Part shown: positions 11,561-24,700 of the stretch, one piece after another
Layout of the letters: every line of letters starts with the position of its first letter
How positions within the stretch are numbered: position 1 is the first letter of the stretch
From: Macrostomum lignano
Taxonomy: Eukaryota
DNA: 64,000 nucleotides
Assembly (NCBI GenBank): GCA_002269645.1
Contig: NIVC01002340.1
Coordinates: forward strand, 1 to 64,000
Direction of reading: 5' to 3'
Program-made: the position numbers and the translations under genes
The notes under the pieces: generated by a model
Database searches by the model: none
What the model saw: only the letters and a program-made list of their open reading frames with translations
What the model was told of the DNA's origin: nothing

Positions 11561-11987
11561 CTCTATGAAAATATGATATAAGATTTATATTTAACTTATA
11601 TAGTTGTAAGTATTAGCAAGTTAGCTTTGCTGTGCTAATTATTGCAATAATCAAAACAGTTCAGTAAAAGTGCATTTAAATTCTTTAAAAATGGCATTAG
11701 GTTTCAAAGTATTTATAGGGCCTACTAAAAGTTTTGCAAATAAAAATTTAAAGACAAATTATATACTCTAGAAGAAACTGCATACCTTCTATAGATTTAT
11801 ATATTGTTTATTATTCAAATCGAAAAAGCAAATAATTAAAACAATATTTTATTTCTATAAGCATTCCATTTTATTTTAAAACTTTTTTGTTAACATGTAG
11901 AATTTGACTACTTATTCAACTTATTGTAGATTGAAAGCACTTTTAAAACCATAACTGTCTCCGCAGCAATAATAATCGAATACAACA

Positions 11988-12251
11988 ATGAGCAGCACCA
12001 AGCCAATGCTGCGCGGCCTCTACGCCGCCCAGGTTAGACGGCACGGCATTTTTTGGTTCCTGGTGCCAACTGCCATCTGCACCTACTACACCCTGGCCCA
12101 TATTCTGCCGCGCCGTAAGGCCTACAAAGAGTACCACGCCAAGGTGCAGGACCTCGACCACCAGAAGGCGGTCTTCAAACGCATCTACGAGGCCGGCCTG
12201 TTCAAATCGGTTGATCGCGAGGGCAACATCTGCATTGATAAGTTCATCTAA
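11988..12251 (+). CDS. COX6C: cytochrome c oxidase subunit 6C (intronless)
   Basis: 87 aa with KPMLRGL..RRH, a single TM helix, PRRKAYKEY and FKRIYEAGLFKSV, matching the COX6C pattern (KPxMRGL..RKKAYxxFY..FxxMRxAGIFQSV). Confidence 0.85.
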   Translation: MSSTKPMLRGLYAAQVRRHGIFWFLVPTAICTYYTLAHILPRRKAYKEYHAKVQDLDHQKAVFKRIYEAGLFKSVDREGNICIDKFI

Positions 12252-12363
12252 ACAGGTGTCCGGCTGGGTGTGAGAGGTAGGTGTTATGATGTACACAACT
12301 GATATATAATTTTGGATTTGCCGAGCGATTTCTTGGTATTATCACAGTACGCTAATATAAGCA

Positions 12364-12715
12364 CCCTCCCAGATCCTCAGTTTCTGGGCCAGCCTCCCAG
12401 ATCCTCAGTTTCTGGGCCAGCCTCCCAGATCCTCAGTTTCTGGGCCAGCCTCCCAGATCCTCAGTTTCTGGGCCAGCCTCCCAGATCCTCAGTTTCTGGG
12501 CCAGCCTCCCAGATCCTCAGTTTCTGGGCCAGCCTCCCAGATCCTCAGTTGCTGGGCCAGCCTCCCAGATCCTCAGTTTCTGGGCCAGCCTCCCAGATCC
12601 TCAGTTTCTGGGCCAGCCTCCCAGATCCTCAGTTTCTGGGCCAGCCTCCCAGATCCTCAGTTTCTGGGCCAGCCTCCCAGATCCTCAGTTGCTGGGCCAG
12701 CCTCACAGACCCTCA
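12364..12715. repeat. 28-bp minisatellite (cctcccagatcctcagtttctgggccag)n
   Basis: About 12 units. Confidence 0.95.
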
Positions 12716-13579
12716 ATAAATAGCTATGGAATTTTTTGTTTCCTAATCCAGTTGCATTGTTAAAATCTTTCTAACAATTCATTTCAGAGTTCTCCTGGCT
12801 CGACCCGTCGCTAGTTCTGACACCTCTCAGTGAACCATTGCAAACAAGACTCTAGAATAGTGTAACATTTAAAAACAGTTTTTTTGAACATTTAAACGCA
12901 CTTTAATTCTCCATTGCCACCCCCAATATATAAAAAACAGTTAAATAAATCACTCTTTTAGTAGTATGTACTTGCGCATAAAATAGTTATAGCTAGCATT
13001 AATGTAATTAACAAGCTAATCTTATTCAAATGAGTTCCAAAAAGCCCCAACGCTGCCATCTATATAAACAAGTTCAGAACTTTAGAAAACGTGCACGTGA
13101 TTAGCACAAAGCACGCTCGTTCACAAGACGGCAAAAATAAAAAAATTGTTTAACTCACAACAGCCCTTGTTTGATGCGAAGCTTATTCTGTCAACTGTTT
13201 TTCTCTTCAATTATTTTTAAGTTTAAATTTAAAAAACGCTAGAAATTTTACTCATAGTAGACAGATAGCACTTTTTGAAAAATCAGTTTTTTAGTTAGCA
13301 TTTAAAAAATTCTTAGTCAAGTAGTATCAGTAGCGTTTTTTTGTTAAATTAAAACCTGAAATTTTCTCGCCGTGTTTTTTTTTCAAGTCAAGCCGACGCA
13401 CAGCAGCCGTGGCTTCGCCGGGATGGACTAGCGGTACCAATAATATTAGTAATAGTAGCAAAAATAGTAACGGTAATAATAGTAATCTAATTGACGTCGC
13501 CGCTGGTGCAGCCGAGGCACCGTCGTCGACTTTGTCAGCTTCGACTGTTGCTTCGACATCACCTACTAGCGATAACAGA

Positions 13580-16500
13580 ATGCAGCAGCAGCAGCAGGCG
13601 CCCAGCGGAGGCGCCGGCCACTCCAGCATCAGCATTAAAACTCCAACACTGGAAGCGGCAGACGCCAAGAAGAAGGAGCCAGAAGTGCTCATAGTGATGG
13701 GCTTCAATTTGGCTGGCAAATCTCCCGAATTCCTATTCACCACTGGCTGCTTGGGAGTGTTCATATTCTACTGCCTATACGGCTACGTTATCGAATTGAT
13801 ATTTCGAACTGAAGGCGTCCGGCCTCATGGCACTTTTATCACTGCTGTGCAGTTCGGCTTCTATGTGCTGCTGGCCTGCGCTGAGCAGAGAGGCGGCCTG
13901 TCTATTGAGAAAGTCAGGACGTGAGTGTTGTTTAAGCTGCGAGCAAGTTTCGGGCTTGTGGGGTTTCAAGTTTGTGAAGGTTTCGAGTTTATTTGGTTTT
14001 GAATTTGTGAGGGTTCCAGCTTGTGAGGTTTCGAGCTTGTGAGGTTTCCAGCTCGTGTGGTTTCCAGCTTGTGAGGTTTCCAGCTTAGCTCGTGAGGTTT
14101 CCAACTCGTGAGGTTTCGAGCTTGTGAGGTTTCCAGCTTGTGAGGTTTCCAACTTGTGATGTTTCCAACTTGTGAGGTTTCCAGCTTCTGAGGTTTCGAG
14201 TTTGTGGAGTTTATGAAGTTGAACGAAAATTAAATAATATTGGCCTTCATAAGCATACGTTTTTGACCGTTTTTAGTCCTTGTAAAAGTGCGAAAATTCG
14301 ATAAATACAGATGGTAATAAAATGTTTACTGAGCTACTTCAGAAGTATGTACATTTGATGCTATTTATAACTACTGTTTTGTGACAAATCTCTTAGCTAA
14401 AATTTTTCCCAATTAATTTTTTATTCCCATAATTGGCTCGCAGAATCCCCTGGCGAACGTACGCGCTGTTGGGATTTCTCACCGTCACAACTATGGGAGC
14501 CAGCAATACGGCGCTGGGTTACCTGAGCTATCCTACTCAGGTGATTATGAAGTGCTGCAAACTGGTGCCAACTATGATTGGCGGCATTCTGATACAGGGC
14601 CGGCGCTACAATATCTACGATGTATCAGCCATGTTCTGCATGATTTTTGGCTTGATTTGGTTCACCCTGGCTGACAGCAAGATACAGCCCAACTTTGACC
14701 TGTTTGGTGAGCTGTGGCTTATTAATAAGTTCGAATATGAGACTGCCTTAGTTAATCCCCATCTGAAAGTGCCTTAGTTAATACCCATCTGAAAGTGCCT
14801 TAGTTAATCCCCATCTGAAAGTGCCTTAGTTAATCCCCATCTGAAAGTGCCTTAGTTAATCCCCATCTGAAAGTGCCTTAGTTAATCCCCATCTGAAAGT
14901 GCCTTAGTTAATCCCCATCTGAAAGTGCCTTAGTTAATCCCCATCTGAAAGTGCCTTAGTTAATCCCCATCTGAAAGTGCCTTAGTTAATCCCCATCTGA
15001 AAGTGCCTTAGTTAATCCCCATCTGAAAGTGCCTTAGTTAATCCCCATCTGAAAGTGCCTTAGTTAATCCCCATCTGAAAGTGCCTTAGTTAATCCCCAT
15101 CTGAAAGTGCCTTAGTTAATCCCCATCTGAAAGTGCCTTAGTTAATCCCCATCTGAAAGTGCCTTAGTTAATCCCCATCTGAAAGTGCCTTAGTTAATCC
15201 CCATCTGAAAGTGCCTTAGTTAATCCCCATCTGAAAGTGCCTTAGTTAATCCCCATCTGAAAGTGCCTTAGTTAATCCCCATCTGAAAGTGCCTTAGTTA
15301 ATCCCCATCTGAAAGTGCTATTTCTAATCGTTTTCTAGAGTGAATGTCTTAATCCTCCCCAAGACTGATTCTTCTAATCCCCATTCAAAACTATTCGAAA
15401 TGTTGTCACGCCTGATTGACTCCTCGAGTCAATAATATCAACATATTTCCATATAATCCTTCCTCTTGAAGTTAGAGTTCACTGTATGCTTATTTTTGTA
15501 CATTGTACGCGAAAAGTATTTTTTGGCTTGTATAGAGAGTCGCTCTTGCCCTAGCGACCCACAATGCAGTACTTTAAATATGTTCATATAAAGAAGCCAG
15601 TGAGTGGAGAGAGGAGGAACTGAATATTCTAGGCTAGTCCCGATCGCTGCGGAAATCAATTTGGTTCAGTCAATCAATACGCGTGAGGGGGGTTTGGGGG
15701 GTGGCTGCGGATTTGCAGTAGCCCGTCTGCTGCTTTTTTTATCCGTGGATCCGTGCTAAGAAATTCTCAAAGCAGCAAGAGAAGCGCTAGGTAGACAGTA
15801 AAACAAAAGCCTTTTTGAGCTGGCGGCTTAGACTATGCAGCAGCAAAAGCAGACGACTGCTGATGAATCGATCCCGGACCTGCTGGACGCGATACGCCAG
15901 TGCCGCAAATCTACTTGCTTAGCGGCTATGCGCGATCTTCGCCGACTGTCCGGTCGTCCAGTTCCAGCCGGCGGTTTCGGCCGGCGAATCTCTTTAGCCG
16001 CTTCGGCCGGAGCTGACGGCCTGCTAGACGTCCTGCTGCCGTCCGCCGTGTCCGGCCGGGCGGCCCTCGACGACCTACTGGCGGAATCGGCTCGTCGGAA
16101 ATCTGGCGTCATTGATCGCGACGAGGCCGCTCGGAAACGGCGCTGCGTGTCGGAGCTCGCGTCGCGTTATTGTCGGCTGCTTCTGGACGAGGAGCGGCTG
16201 CTCTGTCGGTTGGCCGCGGAATTGGGGCGAAGGTCGCCTGAGATGTGCGGCAGGTTAACTGCTCAGCCGGCGTTTCAGGTGAGTTTATCGTTTAGTCTTA
16301 TAGTCCTGCACAGCTGGAATCCTTTAGGGGCTGGAATATTCTACCCTGAACTACCGGAGTTCCTGAAATCTACCCCTGAACTACCGGAGTTCCTGAAATC
16401 TACCCCTAAACTACTGGAGTTCCTGAAATCTAGTCCTAAACTACCGGAGTTTCTGAAATCTACCCCTGAACTACTGGAGTTCCTGAAATCTAGTCCTAAA

Positions 16501-19500
16501 CTACTGGAGTTTCTGAAATCTACCCCTGAACTACTGGAGTTCCTGAAATCTACCCCTGAACTACCGGAGTTTCTGAAGTCTACCCCTGAACTACTTGAAC
16601 CAGTCAAGCCTATAATAAAACTGCTCAACTCTACTTAGTAACCAATAAAACCCATGCCATCAAAGCTACTCTTCAGCTGCCCATTATAACAAATGCCCTA
16701 AAAATTTCAATACAGGAGTGCCTCAGACGCAGCCAGCTCCGAGCTGAGCCATCGGCCCGCCGGCCAAGCGACTCCGACTCGCTGCTCCACCGTCTGCTCC
16801 GCGGCGTTGCTCAAGCGGCCGAAGTAGCCGAGCTCACCATGAACCTGGACTCCAGCCTCTCTGTCGGCTCCGAACTGTATAGTCAGTTGGCCTGCCTAGG
16901 TCGTCAGCTCGAATCTGCCGAACGCGACAGCGATCGATTTCAGCCGCTGACCCCCGCCCAGCTGCAGCCGGCGCTGGCCTGGTGGCTGGACCGGGCGGTG
17001 TACGCAAGGGACCGGCGAGAGGTTGAACGGGAGTTTGCTGGAGACTGACTGGCTGGCAGATTATAGTTGGGGTGGGAGATGATTGTTCCTGACAGAATTT
17101 CCTGCTGTAGTATTATTTAGTCAATGTAATCACTATAGAACTAGAATTATTCTCTATTCGTATTTCTTTCATTTTAATTTAATTTATGATCGGCGGAAAA
17201 AGCCAATAAACCAATAAAATTTATCAATTAATGCTTCAACTGTTTACCTACGTAAATCGCAGTGTTGATATTCAGACTCCGGTGTTTTCTTTGGTATCCT
17301 GCTTGACTTCCTCTCTTTACCTTTAGTAAATTTAGAAAACTAAAACAGAAAAAAAGATATAGTGAGATTTTCTAAACTCTTCTGCATAATTGCCTCCTAT
17401 CCTATCTAATCTTCACCGATTTTCCTCTCCTCACAACCTCTCCCCTAATCTCTCCCCTGTCACCTCTCCTTCTCTACTCTCCTCTGTCACCTCTCCTCTA
17501 CTCTCCTCTGTCACCTCTCTCCCTTCTCTACTCTCCTCTGTCACCTCTCTCCCCTTCTCTACTCTCCTCTGTCACATCTCTCCCTTCTCTACTCTCCTCT
17601 GTCACCTCTCTCCCCTTCTCTACTCTCCTCTGTCACCTCTCTCCCTTCTCTACTCTCCTCTGTCACCTCTCTCCTCTTCTCTACTCTCCTCTGTCACCTC
17701 TCTCCCCTTCTCTACTCTCCTCTGTCACCTCTCTCCCCTTCTCTACTCTTCTGTCACCTCTCTCCCCTTCTCTACTCTCTTCTGTCACCTCTCTCCCTTC
17801 TCTACTCTTCTGTCACCTCTCTCCCCTTCTCTACTCTTCTGTCACCTCTCTCCCCTTTTCTACTCTCCTCTGTCACCTCTCTCCCTTCTCTACTCTCCTC
17901 TGTCACCTCTCTCCCTTCTCTACTCTCCTCTGTCACCTCTCTCCCCTTCTCTACTCTCCTCTGTCACCTCTCTCCCCTTCTCTACTCTTCTGTCACCTCT
18001 CTCCCCTTCTCTACTCTTCTGTCACCTCTCTCCCCTTCTCTACTCTCCTCTGTCACCTCTCTCCCCTTCTCTACTCTCCTCTGTCACCTCTCTCCCCTTC
18101 TCTACTCTTCTGTCACCTCTCTCCCCTTCTCTACTCTTCTGTCACCTCTCTATTCTCTACTCTTTCCTATCAACTCTCCTCTTTTCTACTCTCCCCTTCT
18201 CCTACCTACTGTCATCTCGCCCTATCTAATCTACCATTTGTCCTCTACTCTACTGCTCTATTCACCATCTCCCCTATGCTCAAATTCCGTCATCTTTCTT
18301 TACCTTCCTTCCTCTCTGCACGCGCAAGTCTAATCCAGTCCTCCTACCCAGCGCTCCCTCTAATCGTTATCTCTGCTCACAACACTGGCAGGCGTATTCC
18401 TAATGAGCTTGGCCCTCTGCGCAGACGGAGCAATTGGCAATGTCCAGGAGCGAACGATGAAGGCCTATAATCACACTGCATCGGAGATGGTGAGTTACTA
18501 TTTTGACTCTTCTTAGTCCTGCGTATTTGTCTTCTCTATTCTAATATAGGTTTGCTTTAATTTTTTGCAGATTTTGTACACCTTTCTAATTGGATTTGGC
18601 TACCTTATTCCCGGCCTGCTCGTCACCAACAAGCTCTTTGCCGGCTTGGCCTATGGAAATCAAGTGAGTTTTACCGTTTAGGATTTCATAATTCCGTCTG
18701 CCATACCCCATCTGCCTTCCCGATACCGCATCTTCAAATCCCGATACCCCATCTGGCATCCCGATACCGCATCTTCAAATCCCGATACCCCATCTGGCAT
18801 CCCGATACCGCATCTTCAAATCCCGATACCCCATCTGGCATCCCGATACCGCATCTTCAAATCCCGATACCCCATCTGCCTTCCCGATACCGCATCTTCA
18901 AATCCCGATACCCCATCTGCCTTCCCGATACCCCATCTGGCATCCCGATACCCCATCTGGCATCCCGGTACCCCATCTTCAAATCCCGATACCCCATCTG
19001 CCATCCCGATACCCCATCTTCAAATCCCGATACCCCATCTGGCATCCCGGTACCCCATCTTCAAATCCCGATACCCCATCTGCCATCCCGATACCCCATC
19101 TTCAAATCCCGATACCCCATCTGGCATCCCGGTACCCCATCTTCAAATCCCGATACCGCATCTGCCATCCCGGTACCCCATCTTCGAATCCCGATACCCC
19201 ATCTGCAACGCATTGGATGTATTCCATATCTGGTATGCCATCACTCACTCATTCGCCCCAAATATATAAGTTATAACTGATCTGTCTAAATGCATGAATT
19301 CATCTGGTTTGCAGCACGTGTGGCGCATCTACGGCTGCACATTCATCATGTCTATTACTGGTTACGTTGGCATGCAGTTCGTGTTGCTATTAGTGCAGTC
19401 CTATGGCGCTCTGCCGGCTGTTACTGGTGAATATCATTTTTAAACTATGAATTGTATTTTAAGTTATATTACAACTTTCGTAGTTATCATAATTTAATTT

Positions 19501-19912
19501 TAATTTTAGTAACCACATGCAGAAAAGCGGTCACTATTGTGCTGTCGTTTTTCTTCTTTTCAAAGCCGTTCACTGTGCAGTAAGTAGCTGAAGTATGTTA
19601 TTTTGCAAGATAGATAGATAGATAGTAGATAGCGAGAAAGAGCGAGCGAAGCGAGCTCTTTCGAGCTTGCTTGCCGCAGCCAATCAAGCTGAATACACGC
19701 ACACAAGATCACCGGAAACGATTAAGGCAGCTGGAAAGCCAATGGGCGCGGTAAGCGCTTTTATCCAGAGGAACTACCTGCTGGAACCAGCCTGCCGTTC
19801 AAAAATCAGACTACTCAAGTAGTGCAAAAGAGTGCGAGCAACTACCGAGAAATCTAATTTTCGTAACCGCTCCGGTGCAGGTCCTGGCGATAGCTGAAGT
19901 ATGTTATTTTGC

Positions 19913-19975
<63 letters not shown>

Positions 19976-19993
19976 GTAGATAGATAGATACAT

Positions 19994-20080
<87 letters not shown>

Positions 20081-20081
20081 G

Positions 20082-20132
<51 letters not shown>

Positions 20133-20133
20133 G

Positions 20134-20180
<47 letters not shown>

Positions 20181-20786
20181 GTAGATAGATAGATACATTA
20201 GATAGATAGATACATTAGATAGATAGATAGATAGATAGGTAGATAGATAGATAGATAGATGATAGATAGATAGATAGATAGACAGATAGATTAGATAGAC
20301 ATGCTGATAGATTAGATAGACATTCTGATAGATTAGATAGACATGCTGATAGATTAGATAGACATGCTGATAGATTAGATAGACATGCTGATAGATTAGA
20401 TAGACATGCTGATAGATTAGATAGACATTCTGATAGATTAGATAGACATGCTGATAGATTAGATAGACATGCTGATAGATTAGATAGACATTCTGATAGA
20501 TTAGATAGACATGCTGATAGATTAGATAGACATGCTGATAGATTAGATAGACATTCTGATAGATTAGATAGACATGCTGATAGATATGCATATAAAACAC
20601 CCGAATTCTTTCAGATACGTGTGGAGCGGCCTGGTAGTGGTGCTGGGCATCTACTTGAATCTGTACTCAAAGAACAAGACTCGATGGGACGCCGCAATGC
20701 TAGACTATTATCAGAGACTGTTGCACAGAGTTAAAGGCCGCAGAGTATTCTCCTTGCAATCCTATCGCAAAGAGAGCATTGTGTGA
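13580..20786 (+). CDS. SLC35B3: PAPS transporter 2 (SLC35B3); exons 13580(or 13388)-13920, 14444-14706, 18392-18489, 18571-18663, 19315-19426, 19510-19579, 20615-20786
   Basis: All six introns are GT-AG and phase-consistent. Motifs IPWRTY..TMGASNTALGYLSYPTQVIMKCCKLVPTMIGGILIQG, SLALCADGAIGNVQE, VTTCRKAVTIVLSFFFFSKPFT and YVWSGLVVVLGIYLN are diagnostic. The start codon is uncertain. Confidence 0.95.
13960..14210. repeat. 16-bp minisatellite (tgtgaggtttccagct)n in SLC35B3 intron 1
   Basis: Direct reading. Confidence 0.9.
14743..15318. repeat. 26-bp minisatellite (gccttagttaatccccatctgaaagt)n in SLC35B3 intron 2
   Basis: About 22 almost identical units starting ~35 nt after the donor. Confidence 0.97.
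15835..17048 (+). CDS. uncharacterised 258-aa protein; 2 exons (15835-16278, 16716-17048) nested in SLC35B3 intron 2
   Basis: ATG at 15835, donor CAG|gtgagt at 16278, phase-0 acceptor tacag|GAG at 16716 and TGA at 17048. GC-rich coding-like composition against AT-rich flanks, with two AATAAA at ~17205-17217. Family not recognised. Confidence 0.7.
16340..16595. repeat. 30-bp minisatellite (ctaccggagttcctgaaatctacccctgaa)n in the nested gene intron
   Basis: About 8 units. Confidence 0.95.
17450..18200. repeat. CT-rich ~27-30-bp minisatellite (ctctcccttctctactctcctctgtcac)n
   Basis: Direct reading. Confidence 0.92.
18700..19210. repeat. 20/21-bp dimeric minisatellite (cccgataccccatctggcat / cccgataccgcatcttcaaat) in SLC35B3 intron 4
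   Basis: Direct reading. Confidence 0.92.
19915..20585. repeat. (GATA)n microsatellite grading into a 24-bp derived unit (gatagattagatagacatgctgat)
   Basis: Direct reading. Confidence 0.95.
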
Positions 20787-21029
20787 CAGTATAGTCAATA
20801 TCTTGGGTAGCAATTTTATGGATTAATTTTTTTAGATCACCTCACAATTGAACAGGTTTTAGCTGAGAGTAGTGAAATTTGTTTTCTTCATTAGGAGCGT
20901 ATTATACCTGAAGGGACCAAAATATAATTTGACAATATTCCTTGATTGATCTCGAATTTCGCGCGATATTTCTTATTACTGTACTAAAAGTAGCGTTCTA
21001 CTTCTATAATATGCAAATAGCTTTGCATT

Positions 21030-21281
21030 CACATTGTTTTAATTCTTTGCAAGACAATTGGATCTGTTTGATTGTTAAATGAATTGCTTGTAGAGCTAGC
21101 TAATGGCCACGAGCCAAGGCGAGAGAGGAACGGAAGAGGAAAGAGATGAGATATGGGAAATGGGATGAGAGCAAAGAAGAGAACGGAGAGGAGAGAGAGA
21201 AGGGAGGTAAGAGAGCTGAGAAAAGATACAAACCTTGAGCGGACCGGATTGCTATTGTAAAGTTTCAAAGGCCGACCCTTG
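21030..21281 (-). mobile_element. probable hAT/Charlie-like MITE fragment with a GA-rich core
   Basis: The reverse complement begins caagggtcggcc..gaaactttacaatagcaatccggtccgctcaa, homologous to 59213 onward (caggggttggc..gaaacttcataacagcaattcggcctgctcaa). Confidence 0.5.
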
Positions 21282-21746
21282 GTCCATATGTGTATATTTA
21301 TTTATAGTTGATTGTATCGCCTGATAGAGCTACTAACCTTTGTGCCTATGCAAGAAGTAAACTGAATCTTTGCATGACTCTTCATTTTTTCAAATTGTTG
21401 GTAATATTGTTCCATGTCCATAACTGCTACTGTTAAATTGTTGTTAATGCTATTATTATTTTTTGCTTTTAAATAAAATCATTTTTATGAGAGTAAATTT
21501 TTGCTGTTTTTCCGGTTGTTGCACTAAATTCGGTTCTGGATTTTCATTTGTTCCGAGCTGCTGTCTATGGCCAAACCCGGCTAATCTGACGCTCTGTCTC
21601 AAACGTAGTCAAGAACATGAATTAAATACTATTTTAGACTATTAAAAAATCTTCAACACGCTACTTACTAAGTAGAGTTCTGCGAAAATACGCTTATTTT
21701 ACGTTATCATAAAAAATTGAAAAATACATGCATGCACTCATTGCCA

Positions 21747-24700
21747 ATGCTGATCGCGCTGCGCTCGCCCAAGGGCACCCAACGATTGGAGGTCGGCGAC
21801 ACGGAGAAGTTGGCCTCCTTGTACAGTCGCGCCGCCAAGACGCTTGGCCTACCGGAGTCTTCGTTTCAATTGAACCGGCGCCAGGCCAACGGTAAACAGC
21901 AGGCTCTGCCGCGTAGCCGCACTCAGTCCGTTGCCAGCGTTGGCCTTAAACACGGCGATTCTCTGTTTGTCAGGCAGAACGATTCCGCTGGTGAGCCGTC
22001 CTCTATTGCCGACAGCTTGGCTGAGTCGTCCATTGGTGGAGCTTCCGTTGCCGCCAGCGTAGTCTCAGCTAAGGCTGGCTCAGCCTCCACCACGCCTGAC
22101 GATCCTCTAGATGTTGAATTAGACCGCGAGGACGGTCGAATTATTCGAAAACGCGATCCGAAAATGTGCCGACATTCTGACGGAGCCGGCTGCCTGCACT
22201 GCGCCCCTTTGGAGCCGTACGACAGTGAATATTTGGCTAGTCTGGATCCGCCTGTCAAATATCTGCCGTTTCACGCTTTTCTGCGCAAGATTCAGGTAGC
22301 CAACGCTTTTGTGTGCTTCGGTTCGAATAGTGTCTAGTTGTGTGCACTTCTGGTTCGAATAATGTCTAGTTGTGTGCACTTCTGGTTCGAATAGTGTCTG
22401 TATTTTGTGTACACTTCCGGTTCTAATAGTGTCTAGTTGTGTGCACTTCTGGTTCGAATAGTGTCTGTATTTTGTGTACACTTCCGTTTTTAATAGTGTC
22501 TAGTTGTGTGCACTTCCGGTTCTAAAAGTGTCTAGTTGTGTGCACTTCCGGTTCTAATAGTGTCTAGTTGTGTGCACTTCCGGTTCTAAAAGTGTCTAGT
22601 TGTGTGCACTTCCGGTTCTAAAAGTGTCTAGTTGTGTGCACTTCCGGTTCTAAAAGTGTCTAGTTGTGTGCACTTCCGGTTCTAAAAGTGTCTAGTTGTG
22701 TGCACTTCCGGTTCTAAAAGTGTCTAGTTGTGTGCACTTCCGGTTCTAAAAGTGTCTAGTTGTGTGCACTTCCGGTTCTAAAAGTGTCTAGTTGTGTGCA
22801 CTTCCGGTTCTAAAAGTGTCTAGTTGTGTGCACTTCCGGTTCTAATGGTTTCTGCAATTATGTGCACTTCCGGTTCTAATGGTTTCTGCAATTATGTGCA
22901 CTTCCGGTTCGAATAGTGTCTAGTTGTGTGCCCTTCCGGTTCGAATACTGTCTAATTGTGTGCACTTCCGGTTCTAATAGTTTTTGCAATTATGTGCACT
23001 TCTGGTTCGAATAGTGTCTGCATTTTGTGTGCATTTTAATTCGAATAGTGCCTGTACTTGTGTGTACTTCCGATTCAAATAGTGCCTGTACATGTGTGTA
23101 CTTCCGGTTCTAATAGTGTCTAGTTGTGTGTACGAGCTTTTTTCGGTTCGAATAGTGCCTGCAATTATGTGCACTTCCAGTTCGAATAGTATCTGCATCT
23201 GTGTGTGCACTTCCAGCTACTATCAGTAGTAAATAACAAACGGCGCCTCTAACAACCCCAGGCTGAAAAGTACAGCGGCGCCTTGGCCAATGTGAGCGCT
23301 CGCAAAAAGCCGGGCTGCCGGAATCATGATTCAACCGGCATCTGCAGCGCCTGCATGCCGGACCCGCTGACGCTGGAGCAGCAAGGCTATCGGCATGTCG
23401 ACTATCTGCAATTCGAGCATCCGTCAATTGTGGACCGGTTCGTTAATTATTGGCGCCGGTCTGGGCACCAGCGGATCGGCTACCTGGTCGGCCGGTACGA
23501 ACGACACGCCGGTGTCTCGCTCGGCATTAAAGCTGTCGTGGCGGCCATCTACGAGCCGCCTCAGCAGTGCCACAAGCACCGGGTCCTGCTGGAGCCCGAG
23601 GATCCGCATAAGCCGGCTTTGGATGCCCTGTTGGACATGCTGGGCATGCAGCTGGTTGGCTGGGTCTTCACCGACCTACTGCCTGCTGACGAGTCCGGGA
23701 AGGTGAGTGCCAATGGCTAATTTGGAGTGACATTTAGTGTGGAGTGACAATCAGACAGTGTAGAGTGACAATCAGGCAGTGTGGAGTGACAATCAGACAG
23801 TGTAGAGTGACAATCAGACAGTGTAGAGTGACAATCAGACAGTGTAGAGTGACAATCAGACAGTGTGGAGTGACAATCAGACAGTGTGGAGTGACAATCA
23901 GACAGTGTAGAGTGACAATCAGACAGTGTAGAGTGACAATCAGACAGTGTAGAGTGACAATCAGACAGTGTAGAGTGACAATCAGACAGTTTGGAGTGAC
24001 AATCAAACTATGTGGAGTGACAATCAGACAGTGTGGAGTGACAATCAGACAGTGTGGAGACGGAGTGACAATCAGACAGTGTGGAGTGACAATCAGACAG
24101 TGTGGAGTGACAATCAGACAGTGTAGAGTGACAATCAGACAGTGTGGAGTGACAATCAGACAGTGTGGAATGACAATCAGACAGTGTAGAGTGACAATCA
24201 GACAGTGTGGAGTGACAATCAGACAGTGTGGAATGACAATCAGACAGTGTAGAGTGACAATCAGACAGTGTGGAGTGACAATCAGACAGTGTGAAGTGAC
24301 AATCAGACAGTGTAGAGTGACAATCAGACAGTAATCCCCAAAAACGCTACCAAAACCCGTGTCCAGGTGCTGCACTTCCGCGGGACAGGTGACACATTCT
24401 TTCTCAGCGCCGAGGAGGCCATCACGGCAGGCCAGCTGCAGGTGCAGCACCCCAATATTTGCTCCAAAGCAGAGGGCGGCCGGTTCGGCTCCAAATTTGT
24501 CACCTGTGTGCTGACTGGCGATCAGACTAATCAGATCGCGCCAACCGCTTATCAGCTGTCCAATCAGGGCATGGCGCTGGTCCGGGACGAGATTCTGGTG
24601 CCTACGTTTGACGCGCCCGAGCTGGCCTGGTGCAGGGAGCGAACCAAGGACGGCCAGTTTGCCCCGGACGTGTTCTATAGCGGCACTAATGAGTATGGCA

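Noticed and set aside
14743-15318. Regular direct repeats resembling a CRISPR array
   Set aside because: The units are contiguous with no unique spacers, there are no cas genes, and the context is a eukaryotic intron. This holds for all arrays in the window.
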